A program made the translations under genes and the position numbers. A stretch of 64,000 nucleotides of DNA from Acidimicrobiia bacterium. GTDB lineage: Bacteria; Actinomycetota; Acidimicrobiia; Spongiisociales; ZC4RG35. This document shows positions 50,111-60,410 of the stretch, one piece after another; position 1 is the stretch's first letter; each line of letters starts with the position of its first letter. Under the pieces are notes generated by a model. The model saw only the letters and a program-made list of their open reading frames with translations. It did not search any database and was not told the DNA's origin. The stretch lies in NCBI GenBank assembly GCA_965215185.1, contig OZ244034.1, positions 1,984,001-2,048,000 on the forward strand. Reading direction: 5' to 3'.

Positions 50111-51697
50111 TCAGCCTCCGATGACTGACCGGAAGGCCGTGTCCACCAGACTCGTCACCGCGTCGGCGGTAACCCCCAGCACCAGCTTGGGATAGACCCC
50201 CACCGCCACGATCAACACGATCAGGGGGACCCAGGCGATCATTTCATAGCGGTCGACATCGTGGAACTTTCTTCCCTTCCACTCGGCGGATGGCTCACCA
50301 AGGTTGACCTTCTGCAGCATCCACAGCATGTACCCCGCAGTGAGCACCGTACCGATGGCGCCGATCACCATGGCGGTGCGGAAAAAGCCGGTGGAAAGGC
50401 CCGGCAACGGCTGGTAGGAACCCAACAGGGCCATGAATTCACCCCAGAAACCGGCTAGGCCGGGCAGGCCCAGGCTGGCCATGGCCGTGAACCCCAGTAT
50501 CCCGCCCAGCATGGGCATCAGCTTGAGGTTGCCACCCAGCCGAGACATCTCCCGGGTGTGGTAACGATGATGCATCGACCCGGCCAGGAAGAAGAGCAGA
50601 CCCGTGATCAGCCCGTGCGCCACCATCCCGATGATGGCGGCGTTGATTCCCACCTCGGTGAGGGTGGCGATGCCCAGCATCACAAATCCCATGTGTCCCA
50701 CCGAGGAAAAGGCTATCAGCCGTTTGAGGTCGGTCTGAGCGAGGCACGCCAATGACCCGTAGATGATGCCGATCACACTCAGCACCGCAATGAACGGCGC
50801 CCACTCCCGGGCGGTATCGGGGAGGATGGGAATGGCGATCCGGATGAAGGCGTACGAACCGAGTTTCAGGAGAATGGCGGCCAGCAGCACCGAACCCACC
50901 GTGGGAGCGGCGGTGTGAGCGTCGGGGAGCCAGGTGTGGAACGGCCACATCGGCACTTTCACCGCGAAGCCCAGGAACATCGCCCCGAACACCAGCCAGG
51001 CGAAGGTCCCCTGGAAGATGAAGCCCCGTCCGATCAGTTCAGGGATGTCGAAGGTGGGGTGAAGCCCCCCGGTACCCGACTTGAAATACAGCGCCAAGAA
51101 GCCCAGCAACATGAAGGCCGAGCCGAACAGGGTGAAAATGAAGAACTTGATGGCGGCATAGAGCCGGGTCTCCACCTCTTTTTTGAACCCGGGGATCTTT
51201 CGCATGGAGCGGTCCCCCCAGATTCCGATCATGAAATACATGGGCAAAAGCACCAGTTCGAAGAAGATGAAGAACAGCACCAGATCCAGGGCCACGAAAG
51301 TCCCGTTCATTCCGGTGGCGAGGATCAGCATCAGACTGAGAAAGGCCCGGGGATTGCGGGGTTCGTCCCAGTGCTTCCAGGAGTAGATGACGCACAGCAC
51401 CACGATCAGAGCCGACAGCACCAGCAGCGGAAGGCTGATCCCGTCCAGTCCGACGTGATAGTTGGCGCCGATCGCCCCGATCCAGGGCAGATCCACTTCA
51501 AACTGGAATTGAGCAGCCGCTCCGTAGTCGAACCGTACGGCCACTATCACCGCCAATAGCAAGGTCACGCCACTCACCAGCAGCGCCCACAGCTTCACCG
51601 CCTCTTCCCGTTCCTTGGGAATGGCCAGCGCCACCAACGCTCCCGCGATCGGCAGGAAGACAATCAGGCTCAGAGCCCAGCTTTCGAACAATTCCAT
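50111..51697 (-). CDS. nuoM: NADH-quinone oxidoreductase subunit M
   Basis: GLDGISL, VKVPMWPFHTWLPDAH and KRLIAFSSVGHMG motifs. Confidence 0.94.
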   Translation of the reverse strand: MELFESWALSLIVFLPIAGALVALAIPKEREEAVKLWALLVSGVTLLLAVIVAVRFDYGAAAQFQFEVDLPWIGAIGANYHVGLDGISLPLLVLSALIVVLCVIYSWKHWDEPRNPRAFLSLMLILATGMNGTFVALDLVLFFIFFELVLLPMYFMIGIWGDRSMRKIPGFKKEVETRLYAAIKFFIFTLFGSAFMLLGFLALYFKSGTGGLHPTFDIPELIGRGFIFQGTFAWLVFGAMFLGFAVKVPMWPFHTWLPDAHTAAPTVGSVLLAAILLKLGSYAFIRIAIPILPDTAREWAPFIAVLSVIGIIYGSLACLAQTDLKRLIAFSSVGHMGFVMLGIATLTEVGINAAIIGMVAHGLITGLLFFLAGSMHHRYHTREMSRLGGNLKLMPMLGGILGFTAMASLGLPGLAGFWGEFMALLGSYQPLPGLSTGFFRTAMVIGAIGTVLTAGYMLWMLQKVNLGEPSAEWKGRKFHDVDRYEMIAWVPLIVLIVAVGVYPKLVLGVTADAVTSLVDTAFRSVIGG

Positions 51698-51720
51698 GTA
51701 TCAGTCTCCCATACCGTATC

Positions 51721-53769
51721 TCATAGGACGAATAGGACCACGACCACCAGCAACAGCAGACCTGCCACCAGCAGGCCAGCATACTGCTGGACGCGGCCGC
51801 TCTGAATCCGGCGTACCAGGCCCCCCATTCCCGAGGCGCCCATCGACACCCCGTGCACCACCCCGTCGATGCCACGTTGGTCGATGCCGCCGTACACCAA
51901 AGCGGCCAAGCCCTGACAGAGCACCCCCACCATGTTCACCACTCCGTCGATAACATAGTCGTTCACCCAGTTCACCGCCCGGGCCATCGGAGAGCGGATG
52001 GCCCACACCAGGCCCAAAGCGGCATGATCCAGGTAGTACTTCTGCCGGAGCAGTGGATAGAGCAGGGGGATCTCCAGCTGATCACGGTCTGCGCCTTGGG
52101 TGGTGGAAGGACTGAAAACCACCCATCCCAGCCACAGGCCGGCCACCGCCGCGGCCAGACCTGCCCCGGCCAGGGCCCAGTCGATGGCTTCGGCGTGATG
52201 GTCACCCATTGGGACGCTTCGCACCGCCAGCCAGGACGTGAAGCTTCCCACCCAGGGAAGGGTGAGTCCGGGAATGTTCACCAATCCCACCAGCGCCGAG
52301 GGGATCGCCAGCGCCCACAGGGGACGGGTCATGATGGGCGGCGACTCGTGAGGTTCCCCATGACCCCGGAACTCCCCGTAGAAGGTGAGCGAGACGGCCC
52401 GGGCCATGTAAAAGGCGGTGACGAACGCGCCCGCCACCGCGATCCACATCACCGCGTTGTATCCCTCGTGTCCCAGGGTGGCCAGGATCTCATCCTTCGA
52501 CCAGAAGCCCGCCAAGGGGAAGACTCCAGCCAGCGCCAGGGCGCCGATGACAAAGGTCCGATAGGTGTGAGGCATGAAACGGCGCAGTCCCCCCATGTCC
52601 GACATGTTGTTGGAGTGGACGGCGTGGATCACCGACCCGGCTCCCAGGAACAACAGCGCCTTAAAGAAGGCGTGAGTGAAAAGATGAAAGAGACCGGCGG
52701 TGTAACCCCCGGCGGCCATCGCAGTCATCATGTAGCCCAGTTGGCTGACCGTTGAGTAGGCCAGCACCTTCTTGATGTCTTTAGCCACCAGCGCCAAGAG
52801 TCCCATTCCAAACAGGGTTATGGTCCCCGCCGCGATCATCCACGGCCGGGCAGCGGTGGCCAGTTCCTGATACAACGGGAAAGTGCGAGCCATCAGGTAG
52901 ATGCCGGCGGTGACCATGGTTGCGGCGTGCATCAGAGCAGAGACCGGAGTGGGGCCGGCCATGGCGTCGGGCAGCCAGATGTGGAAGGGGAACTGAGCGC
53001 TTTTACCCATAGCCCCGATAAAGAGCAGCAGACCCGCCGTAACCGCCACCGGTCCCAAGGCGGCGCTGTGCGCAGCCGATGCGGCGGCCAGGTCCCAGAA
53101 GTGGAAGGAGCCGATCACCACCCCGATGATCACCACCCCGATGATCAGGCCCACATCGGCCACCTTGTTGGTGTAGAAAGCTTTCATGGCGGCCGAGGAA
53201 TTCTCCTTCAGCTCCCAGTGGTGGCCAATCAGAAGATAGGATGCCAGACCCACGCCCTCCCAGCCGATGATCAGCTGCACCAGGTTGGGACTTCCCACCA
53301 ACACCAGCATCGACCCGGCGAACAGCGACAGGGCGGCGAAGAAGAAGGTGACCCGCACCTCGCCCTTCATGTACCCGTGGGCATAGACGAACACGGCCAG
53401 GCCCACCGCCGCCACCACCCAGTACATCATGATCGAGAGGCCGTCCACCATCCAGCCCAATTCGAAAACCAGTCCCCCGCCCACCGAGGCGATCTCGATG
53501 CTCCTCTCGTAGAGAACCCCCTTCGATCCCATGTTGAGCAGGAAAAGCGCGGTGGACCATATCAGGTTGAAGGCCATCACGGCAATGGCCACTTCCGCCC
53601 CCTGGTATTTCATCCTCTTTCCGAACAGGACGATCACCAAAAAGGCCAGCAGGGGGCCGATGAGCATCAGACCGGCCCACTCCGCCCAGATACCGCCGGT
53701 TCCCGCCGACACGGATTCGCCTTCCTCGGCGGCCCAGAGCAGGCTTTGGGTGAGGCCCGTTCCTACCAT
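51721..53769 (-). CDS. nuoL: NADH-quinone oxidoreductase subunit L
   Basis: GKSAQFPFHIWLPDAMAGPTPVSALMHAATMV and HAFFKALLFL motifs. Confidence 0.95.
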   Translation of the reverse strand: MVGTGLTQSLLWAAEEGESVSAGTGGIWAEWAGLMLIGPLLAFLVIVLFGKRMKYQGAEVAIAVMAFNLIWSTALFLLNMGSKGVLYERSIEIASVGGGLVFELGWMVDGLSIMMYWVVAAVGLAVFVYAHGYMKGEVRVTFFFAALSLFAGSMLVLVGSPNLVQLIIGWEGVGLASYLLIGHHWELKENSSAAMKAFYTNKVADVGLIIGVVIIGVVIGSFHFWDLAAASAAHSAALGPVAVTAGLLLFIGAMGKSAQFPFHIWLPDAMAGPTPVSALMHAATMVTAGIYLMARTFPLYQELATAARPWMIAAGTITLFGMGLLALVAKDIKKVLAYSTVSQLGYMMTAMAAGGYTAGLFHLFTHAFFKALLFLGAGSVIHAVHSNNMSDMGGLRRFMPHTYRTFVIGALALAGVFPLAGFWSKDEILATLGHEGYNAVMWIAVAGAFVTAFYMARAVSLTFYGEFRGHGEPHESPPIMTRPLWALAIPSALVGLVNIPGLTLPWVGSFTSWLAVRSVPMGDHHAEAIDWALAGAGLAAAVAGLWLGWVVFSPSTTQGADRDQLEIPLLYPLLRQKYYLDHAALGLVWAIRSPMARAVNWVNDYVIDGVVNMVGVLCQGLAALVYGGIDQRGIDGVVHGVSMGASGMGGLVRRIQSGRVQQYAGLLVAGLLLLVVVVLFVL

Positions 53770-54068
53770 CTCATCAGGTCCAGTTCATCAACGTTGGCCG
53801 AGCGGCGGTTACGAAAGATCAGCAAGATAATGGCCAGTCCGATCCCCACTTCGGCAGCGGCCACCGTGATGATGAAAACCGCCATAATCTGTCCCAGCGC
53901 CTCCGGCGTCTGCCAGTAGGCCTCCATGGCCACCAGGTTGATGTTGACCGCGGCCAGCATCAGTTCCACCGACAGAAGCACCATAACCGCATTGCGACGC
54001 ACCAACAGTCCGTAAACACCCATCACGAACAAAAACGCGGCCAGGATGAGGAACTGGTTGAGGATCAC
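53763..54068 (-). CDS. nuoK: NADH-quinone oxidoreductase subunit K
   Basis: RRNAVMVLLSVELML and VAAAEVGIGLA motifs. Confidence 0.93.
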   Translation of the reverse strand: MILNQFLILAAFLFVMGVYGLLVRRNAVMVLLSVELMLAAVNINLVAMEAYWQTPEALGQIMAVFIITVAAAEVGIGLAIILLIFRNRRSANVDELDLMRW

Positions 54069-54619
54069 TTCGACTCTCGCTCCCTCTCCTCGGCCGGGCT
54101 GAGGTCGCGGCGAGCGATGGTGATGCCGCCCACCAGGGCCGCCAGCAGCACGAATCCCACCACTTCGAAGGGAATCACGAACCGGCCCAGCAGGCCCTCC
54201 CCGATCACCTCGGTGGGGGTGCCGGCGGTGATCCGGTCGATGGTGACATCGCCCCATTGGCTTATCAGACCCCACATCAGCAGAACGAAGAGCCCCGCCG
54301 AGACCACGATGGCAGGCAGGCGGCGGTTGTGGTCGATATCCCCTTCGTCCCGCCCGGTGGGCGCTCGGGTGATCATGATCCCGAACAAGAACAATACGAT
54401 CACCGCCCCTATGTAGACCAACACCAATACCCAGGCCAGAAACTCGGCCGCCAGCAACAGGAACAGAGCCGCCGTTCCGGCCAGGGCCGCCACCAGGAAC
54501 AGGGCGGCGTGCACCACATTGGGGGAGGTGACCACCCTAAAGCCCGAGAAAGCCGTGGCCAGCCCCACCGCCAAAAACACCCAGTTGAGCGGTTCGGAGA
54601 TCCAGTCCTCGAAGCCCAT
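54065..54619 (-). CDS. nuoJ: NADH-quinone oxidoreductase subunit J
   Basis: NVVHAALFL, LVYIGAVIVLFLF and PFEVV motifs. Confidence 0.92.
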   Translation of the reverse strand: MGFEDWISEPLNWVFLAVGLATAFSGFRVVTSPNVVHAALFLVAALAGTAALFLLLAAEFLAWVLVLVYIGAVIVLFLFGIMITRAPTGRDEGDIDHNRRLPAIVVSAGLFVLLMWGLISQWGDVTIDRITAGTPTEVIGEGLLGRFVIPFEVVGFVLLAALVGGITIARRDLSPAEERERESK

Positions 54620-55093
54620 CTACTTCTCCAGGGCCGGGGCGGCCGGCACCGTTCCCAGCCATTCGAGGAGGCGTTCCTGGTTGTGGAGCATCCCTCCCAT
54701 CTCGGTTTCGGAGTACTCGTAGTCGGGGCTCCAGAACAGGGCATCGAAGGGACAGACCTCCACGCAGATTCCGCAATACATGCACAGGGCATAGTCGATG
54801 TCGAACCGATCGAGAGTTGCTCGCACCCGGGGTCGTCCGCCGGGGCGCGAGGGTGGGCGTTCTTCCTTGTGACCTTCTATATATATGCACCAGTCGGGAC
54901 ACTGACGGGCACACAGCATGCACACGGTGCAAGCCTCTGGATCCAAAGCGATGACCCCACGCGCCCGGGGGGAGGGGGTCTCCTTCACCTTGGGGTAGTT
55001 GACGGTGACCGGTCGGGTGAAGAGGGTGAACAGAGTCACCTTCATACCTTTGAGTAGCCCCAGACCGGGAATGGCGGGAATGGCAAGTTTCAT
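54620..55093 (-). CDS. nuoI: NADH-quinone oxidoreductase subunit I
   Basis: Two CxxCxxCxxxCP 4Fe-4S motifs. Confidence 0.94.
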   Translation of the reverse strand: MKLAIPAIPGLGLLKGMKVTLFTLFTRPVTVNYPKVKETPSPRARGVIALDPEACTVCMLCARQCPDWCIYIEGHKEERPPSRPGGRPRVRATLDRFDIDYALCMYCGICVEVCPFDALFWSPDYEYSETEMGGMLHNQERLLEWLGTVPAAPALEK

Positions 55094-56098
55094 CTAGAAC
55101 ACCACCTTAAAGATCCCGGTAACAATAATGTTGGCCAGCGAGATAGGGACCAGCCACTTCCAGGCCAGTGATTGCAACTGGTCTTCCCGAAAGCGCGGGA
55201 AAGTCCACCGCATCCAGATGCTCACGAACACAAACAGCCCTATTTTGCCCAGCAGCACCAGGGGCCCCACAAACTGCAGGATGCTGTCGGGAATGCCGGG
55301 CAGCCAGTAGCCGCCCAGGAATAGGGTGGCGGCGATGGCCGAGAGGGTGAACATGTTGGCGAACTCGGCCAAGAAGAAAAACAGGAACCGAAAACCCGAG
55401 TACTCGGTCAAATACCCCATCACCAGCTCCGACTCGGCGATGGGCATGTCGAAGGGGATACGGGACAACTCGGCCAAAGAAGCGATGAAGAACACGCCCA
55501 AACCCACCGCCTGCACCATCACAAACGGCATCCCCCACGACCATCCGGTTTCTGAGAACCAGGAGATCTGCGCCTGCACGATGCCGTCGAGGCTCATGGT
55601 GCCCGCCAGGATCACCACTCCCACCACCGCCAGCACCAGCGGCAGTTCGTAGGCGATCAGCTGGCCGGCGGCTCGCAGGCCCCCGATCAACGAGTATTTG
55701 TTGCCCGACGACCATCCGGCCATCAGAACGCCGATAGTGCCGATCGAAGAGATGGCCAGAGCGTAGAAGATGCCCAGGTCGAGGTTCTGGGGGGTGAGCC
55801 CGGGGCCGAAGGGAATCACCACGAACAGGCCCACTGTCCCCACCATCACCAGCACCGGGGCCATCTTGAAAACCGGGCGGTCGGCGTTGTCAGGAATCAG
55901 GTCCTCTTTTTGGAAGAATTTGACCCCGTCCGCGATGAGCTGCGCCCACCCGAACCGGCCACCCGCAAAGTAGGGTCCGATCCGGCTTTGCATGTGGGCG
56001 GAGATCTTCATCTCCGCATAGCCGATCGCCATCCCCATCACCGGGATGATGGTGGCCACCACCACCAGCCAGATCGGCAACGCCAGCCAGGGACTCAT
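55094..56098 (-). CDS. nuoH: NADH-quinone oxidoreductase subunit H
   Basis: QSRIGP, ADGVKFFQKE, RIPFDMPIAESEL and PRFREDQL motifs. Confidence 0.95.
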   Translation of the reverse strand: MSPWLALPIWLVVVATIIPVMGMAIGYAEMKISAHMQSRIGPYFAGGRFGWAQLIADGVKFFQKEDLIPDNADRPVFKMAPVLVMVGTVGLFVVIPFGPGLTPQNLDLGIFYALAISSIGTIGVLMAGWSSGNKYSLIGGLRAAGQLIAYELPLVLAVVGVVILAGTMSLDGIVQAQISWFSETGWSWGMPFVMVQAVGLGVFFIASLAELSRIPFDMPIAESELVMGYLTEYSGFRFLFFFLAEFANMFTLSAIAATLFLGGYWLPGIPDSILQFVGPLVLLGKIGLFVFVSIWMRWTFPRFREDQLQSLAWKWLVPISLANIIVTGIFKVVF

Positions 56099-57285
56099 CG
56101 GTCCACATCCCCCAGTACGAAGTCGAGTGACCCCAAAATAGCGATGATGTCAGGCACCAGTATCCCCTCCAGCACCCACGGGAGAATGGAGATGTTGGAG
56201 AATGACGCGGAACGGATCTTGAGCCGATAGGGACCCAGTCCCCCGTCGGAGACCACGTAATATCCCATCTCCCCTTTGGGGTTTTCGGCCCGCACGTAAA
56301 TCTCTCCGGCCGGGACTTTGATGATGCGAGGCACCTTGGCCTGAATAGGTCCCGAGGGAATGGTGTCCACCGCTTGGCGGACGATGGATGCCGACTGGCG
56401 AATCTCCTCGAGACGCACCCACCACCGATCCCAGCAGTCGCCCCGCTTGCCGGTGGGGATTTCGAAGTCGAACCGGTCATAGGGCAGATAGTCGGAGACC
56501 TTCCTAAGGTCGAACGGCACGCCCGAGGCCCGCAATATCGGACCTGACACCCCGTAGGCCAGGGCCTTGTCGACGGGCACGATGCCTACGCCTTTGGTAC
56601 GGGCCAGGAAGATCTCGTTGCCACCCACCAGGGTCTCCAGTTCAACAACCGTTTCCAGCACCCGGTCCATGGCGTCCCGGGTCTCGGCCAGGAATCCGGC
56701 GGGAAGATCCTGAATGGTCTTTCGGGTGGTGGGCCCCGCTCCCACCGCCGGTTTCACCCCTCCGATGCGATTGAAGTTGGGATGAAACCTTCCTCCGGTC
56801 ACCGACTCGATGAGGTCCAGCACCCGTTCCCGTTCCCGCAGCGCAAAGAACAGCGGGGTGGCTGCTCCCAATTCCAGGGGATAGGAGGCCTGAAACACCA
56901 GATGAGAGGAGATGCGGGCCATCTCGGTGAGGATCAGCCGGATGTACTGGGCGCGTTCGGGCGGCTCCACTCCCATCAGGCGTTCGGCGGCCACTATGAA
57001 AGGAATCTCGTTGGCGTATCCCGACACCCAGTCGATGCGGTTGATCAGGGCGGTGATCTGGGGGTAGGTGCGTACCTCCGACAGCTTCTCGTAGCCGCGA
57101 TGCATGTACCCGATCACCGGTTGCACATCGAAGACCCGCTCACCGTCCACCTTGGCCACCAGGCGCAACACTCCATGCGTGGAAGGATGCTGGGGCCCGA
57201 TGTTGAGCGTCATGTCGGGAGTCTCCAACTCCACGGAAACCGACACCTCGGAGAGATGCCGCATGGTGTCGGGCCCCAGGGTCAT
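56095..57285 (-). CDS. nuoD: NADH-quinone oxidoreductase subunit D
   Basis: NIGPQHPSTHGVLRL, GYMHRGYEK and DFVLGDVDR motifs. Confidence 0.95.
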   Translation of the reverse strand: MTLGPDTMRHLSEVSVSVELETPDMTLNIGPQHPSTHGVLRLVAKVDGERVFDVQPVIGYMHRGYEKLSEVRTYPQITALINRIDWVSGYANEIPFIVAAERLMGVEPPERAQYIRLILTEMARISSHLVFQASYPLELGAATPLFFALRERERVLDLIESVTGGRFHPNFNRIGGVKPAVGAGPTTRKTIQDLPAGFLAETRDAMDRVLETVVELETLVGGNEIFLARTKGVGIVPVDKALAYGVSGPILRASGVPFDLRKVSDYLPYDRFDFEIPTGKRGDCWDRWWVRLEEIRQSASIVRQAVDTIPSGPIQAKVPRIIKVPAGEIYVRAENPKGEMGYYVVSDGGLGPYRLKIRSASFSNISILPWVLEGILVPDIIAILGSLDFVLGDVDR

Positions 57286-57286
57286 T

Positions 57287-57880
57287 TCAACCACCTCCCC
57301 CGGTGTCAGGCATGTCCTCCACATCCACATCTCCGGGCCAGGGCTTGACCTCCCTGCTGAGCAGCGGATAGGACTTGAGCAGAGGGTTGCCCTCGAAGGC
57401 GTCGGGAAGGTAGAGGTTCTGGGGACGGGGATGGCCGACGAAGGTGATCCCGAACATCTCCCGGCACTCCCGCTCGTGCCAGTCGGCGCCCGGGTAAACG
57501 TCCATCAGGCTTTCCACCCTGGGGTCGGTGGCGTCTAGGTCGGTGGAGAACACCACCAAGTCTCCGCTGGTCACATCGGAGACGGCGCACAGAAGCTCCA
57601 AGCGTTCGGTCACCTGGTTGGCGAGCGAGTCGCCTACCTGCGGGTCGTTCGCCCAGTGGATGGCGGACAGCCAGGAGAAAAACCTCAGCCTCAACTCATC
57701 TCGGGCGATGCGCAGCGTCTCGGTCCACCGGTTAGAGGAGACGCCCACCTTGACGGTCTGCAATGCTTCCAGCACAACTCCGCCGACCGCCTCGGCGGCC
57801 CGATCCGCCAGCGAACGGTCATCGCCCGCGGCGTCGGCCTCCGCCCTCCCAACATTAGGCGGGCTGGCGGTCACGCTCAT
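57287..57880 (-). CDS. nuoC: NADH-quinone oxidoreductase subunit C
   Basis: [20 protein letters not shown] and [10 protein letters not shown] motifs. Confidence 0.92.
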   Translation of the reverse strand: MSVTASPPNVGRAEADAAGDDRSLADRAAEAVGGVVLEALQTVKVGVSSNRWTETLRIARDELRLRFFSWLSAIHWANDPQVGDSLANQVTERLELLCAVSDVTSGDLVVFSTDLDATDPRVESLMDVYPGADWHERECREMFGITFVGHPRPQNLYLPDAFEGNPLLKSYPLLSREVKPWPGDVDVEDMPDTGGGG

Positions 57881-58346
57881 TCCACTTCTCTTTGATGTTC
57901 TCGTTCTTGATTTTTTCCTGAAGCAGAATGATCCCGTCCATCAGCGCCTCAGGCCGGGGAGGGCAACCGGGCACGTATACGTCCACCGGGATGATCTGGT
58001 CCACTCCCTTGGTGACCGAGTAGGAATCCCAATAGGGGCCCCCGCAGTTGGAGCAGGATCCCATCGAGATCACATACTTGGGCTCGGGCATCTGGTCGTA
58101 CAGCCTCTTGACCGACGGCGCCATCTTGTCGGTGACCGTTCCGGCCACCACCATCAGGTCGGCCTGCCGGGGCGAGGCGGGCAAAGGAATAATCCCAAAG
58201 CGCATGAAGTCATAGCGGGGACCGGAAGCAGCCATCATCTCGATAGCGCAACAGGCCAAGCCGAATTGGAACATCCAAAGGGAGTACCTCCGGGACCAGT
58301 TGAGCAGCCAACTAACCGGCTTAGGAGCCCCGAAGCGCTGGATCAC
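57855..58346 (-). CDS. nuoB: NADH-quinone oxidoreductase subunit B
   Basis: [17 protein letters not shown] and [11 protein letters not shown] motifs. Confidence 0.95.
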   Translation of the reverse strand: MIQRFGAPKPVSWLLNWSRRYSLWMFQFGLACCAIEMMAASGPRYDFMRFGIIPLPASPRQADLMVVAGTVTDKMAPSVKRLYDQMPEPKYVISMGSCSNCGGPYWDSYSVTKGVDQIIPVDVYVPGCPPRPEALMDGIILLQEKIKNENIKEKWNERDRQPA

Positions 58347-58708
58347 TCCCACCGCAGGACTCCTTTTTTGATGGCGTAGAACAGTCCCTCCACCAAGGTC
58401 AGCATGAAGATAATGATCGCTACCAGTCCGAACACGCCCAACTCCTCGGCAAGGATCGCCCAGGGAAAGATGAAAGCCGCCTCCACATCGAAGATCACGA
58501 ACAACAGCCCGAACACGTAGTAGCGCACGTAGGTCTGGCTCCATCCCTCGCCCACCGGGTCCACCCCGCACTCATAGGTGAGCTTTTTGGCGGCCGTGGG
58601 TTTGTTGGGTCTCAGAATGGACGCAACTCCGAGCATCACCAACACCAACACCACCCCCAAAAGCGCAAAAGCGCCCACAAAGAGGTAGTTCTCGAAGTAC
58701 GAGGTCAT
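58343..58708 (-). CDS. nuoA: NADH-quinone oxidoreductase subunit A
   Basis: YECG and FVIFDVE..FIFPWA motifs. Confidence 0.95.
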   Translation of the reverse strand: MTSYFENYLFVGAFALLGVVLVLVMLGVASILRPNKPTAAKKLTYECGVDPVGEGWSQTYVRYYVFGLLFVIFDVEAAFIFPWAILAEELGVFGLVAIIIFMLTLVEGLFYAIKKGVLRWE

Positions 58709-58865
58709 TCGCGAAAACTTGAACCAGACACCCGGTTCTCAGTATAGAAAACCCAAACACCCCAAAGACCCGCCTGCTTTTCGAACCCCCTCGGGAAGAC
58801 GGATACAAAAAATGACTCCTAATAACGGCAGGCGGCCGAAATGGACATCTTCTACCATTGCGGGA

Positions 58866-60389
58866 ATGGAGAGACCCAACATCGTCCTGATCATGGCCGA
58901 CCAGTTGGCCCCTCACTTTCTCCCCAGTTACGGGCACCGCGTGGTGCTGGCGCCACACATCTCCCGCATGGCCGACGAGGGGGTCGCCTTCGACTGGGCG
59001 TACACCAACTCGCCGCTGTGCGGACCTTCCCGATACGTGATGATGACCTCCTGCCTACCCGCCCGAATCGGAGCGTGGGACAACGCCGCCGAGTGGTCTG
59101 TCGAGATCCCGACTTTCGCCCACTACCTGGCAGATCGAGGCTATCTGACCTGCCTGTCCGGCAAAATGCACTTCATAGGGCCGGATCAGTTGCACGGGTT
59201 CGAGGAAAGGCTCACCACCGATACCTACCCGGCCGACTTCGTCTGGTCTCCCCGCTGGGACCAGCCCGATGAACGCCAGGACTGGTTCCACACCATGAAG
59301 GTGGTGACCGAAGCCGGCACCGCCCTGGCGGCGGTGAACATCGACTACGACGACGAGGTCACCTTCCGGGCCCAGCGCTGGATATATGACCGCGCCCGGG
59401 CCAGTGAACGTCCCTTTATGCTCACCATCTCTTTCATCCAGCCCCACGACCCCTACCTGGCAAGGCCCGAAACCTGGAACCTGTACAACGACGATGACAT
59501 CGACATGCCCCTCACTACCTTTGAGAAAGCGCCCCGCGACCCTCACAGCGACCGGCTGCGCTGGGCGATCGGGGCTTCCGACATCGTTTTGACCGAACAA
59601 CAGATCCGAGCCGCGCGCCGGGCTTATTACGCCTCGGTTTCCGACTTCGACCGACGGGTGGGTTTGGTGCGAAAGGCGCTGGAGGAAACCGGCATGGCCG
59701 ACAACACCATCGTCATCGTCACCTCCGATCACGGGGACATGCTGGGAGAGCGGGGCCTGTGGTTCAAGATGAGCTTCTTGGAAAGGTCGGTGCGGGTGCC
59801 GTTGATCTTTTGGTGCCCGAACCGTCTGAAGCCCCGCCGGGTATCTGAGGCGGTGTCGCTGGTGGATCTGGGACCGACCATGGTGGGCCTGGCCACCGAT
59901 CGCACCGAAATCGACTACCCGACCCAACTGGATGGAAGATCCCTGCTCCCTCACCTTTACGGTGACCGGGGGCACGACGAAGTCATCGGCGAGTACTACG
60001 CCGAGGGCTCCCTGACTCCCATGTTCATGGTGCAGCGCGAGGGGGCCAAGTACGTGGTAGCGGACGGCGATCCCGACCAGGTGTTCGATGTGAAAGCCGA
60101 CCCGGAGGAACTGGCCAACCTGGCCCGCAGCGACCAGGGCCTGTCCGCCGTCAAGAAGGAAATCAACACGAGATGGGACAGTGCACAACTAACCGACCAG
60201 ATCCTAGAGAGCCAGCGGCGTCGGGCGTTCGTAAGCCGGGTGATGCGTAGCCAGGGAATCGGTTGGGACTTCACTCCCAACTTCGGTGGGGAGGAACTCT
60301 ACATTCGCAGTCATGTGCCGATCGGGGTACTGGAAAACCGGTCTCGTTTTCCTCGTTACGGCAACCAAGCCCGTAACGAAAAGAACTGA
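58866..60389 (+). CDS. betC: Choline sulfatase
   Basis: PNIVLIMADQ, SPLCGPSR (CxPxR), GKMHF, PHDPY and SDHGDMLGERGLWFKM motifs; adjacent to betA. Confidence 0.88.
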   Translation: MERPNIVLIMADQLAPHFLPSYGHRVVLAPHISRMADEGVAFDWAYTNSPLCGPSRYVMMTSCLPARIGAWDNAAEWSVEIPTFAHYLADRGYLTCLSGKMHFIGPDQLHGFEERLTTDTYPADFVWSPRWDQPDERQDWFHTMKVVTEAGTALAAVNIDYDDEVTFRAQRWIYDRARASERPFMLTISFIQPHDPYLARPETWNLYNDDDIDMPLTTFEKAPRDPHSDRLRWAIGASDIVLTEQQIRAARRAYYASVSDFDRRVGLVRKALEETGMADNTIVIVTSDHGDMLGERGLWFKMSFLERSVRVPLIFWCPNRLKPRRVSEAVSLVDLGPTMVGLATDRTEIDYPTQLDGRSLLPHLYGDRGHDEVIGEYYAEGSLTPMFMVQREGAKYVVADGDPDQVFDVKADPEELANLARSDQGLSAVKKEINTRWDSAQLTDQILESQRRRAFVSRVMRSQGIGWDFTPNFGGEELYIRSHVPIGVLENRSRFPRYGNQARNEKN

Positions 60390-60410
60390 TCCTTCCCACC
60401 GCCGACTGCA

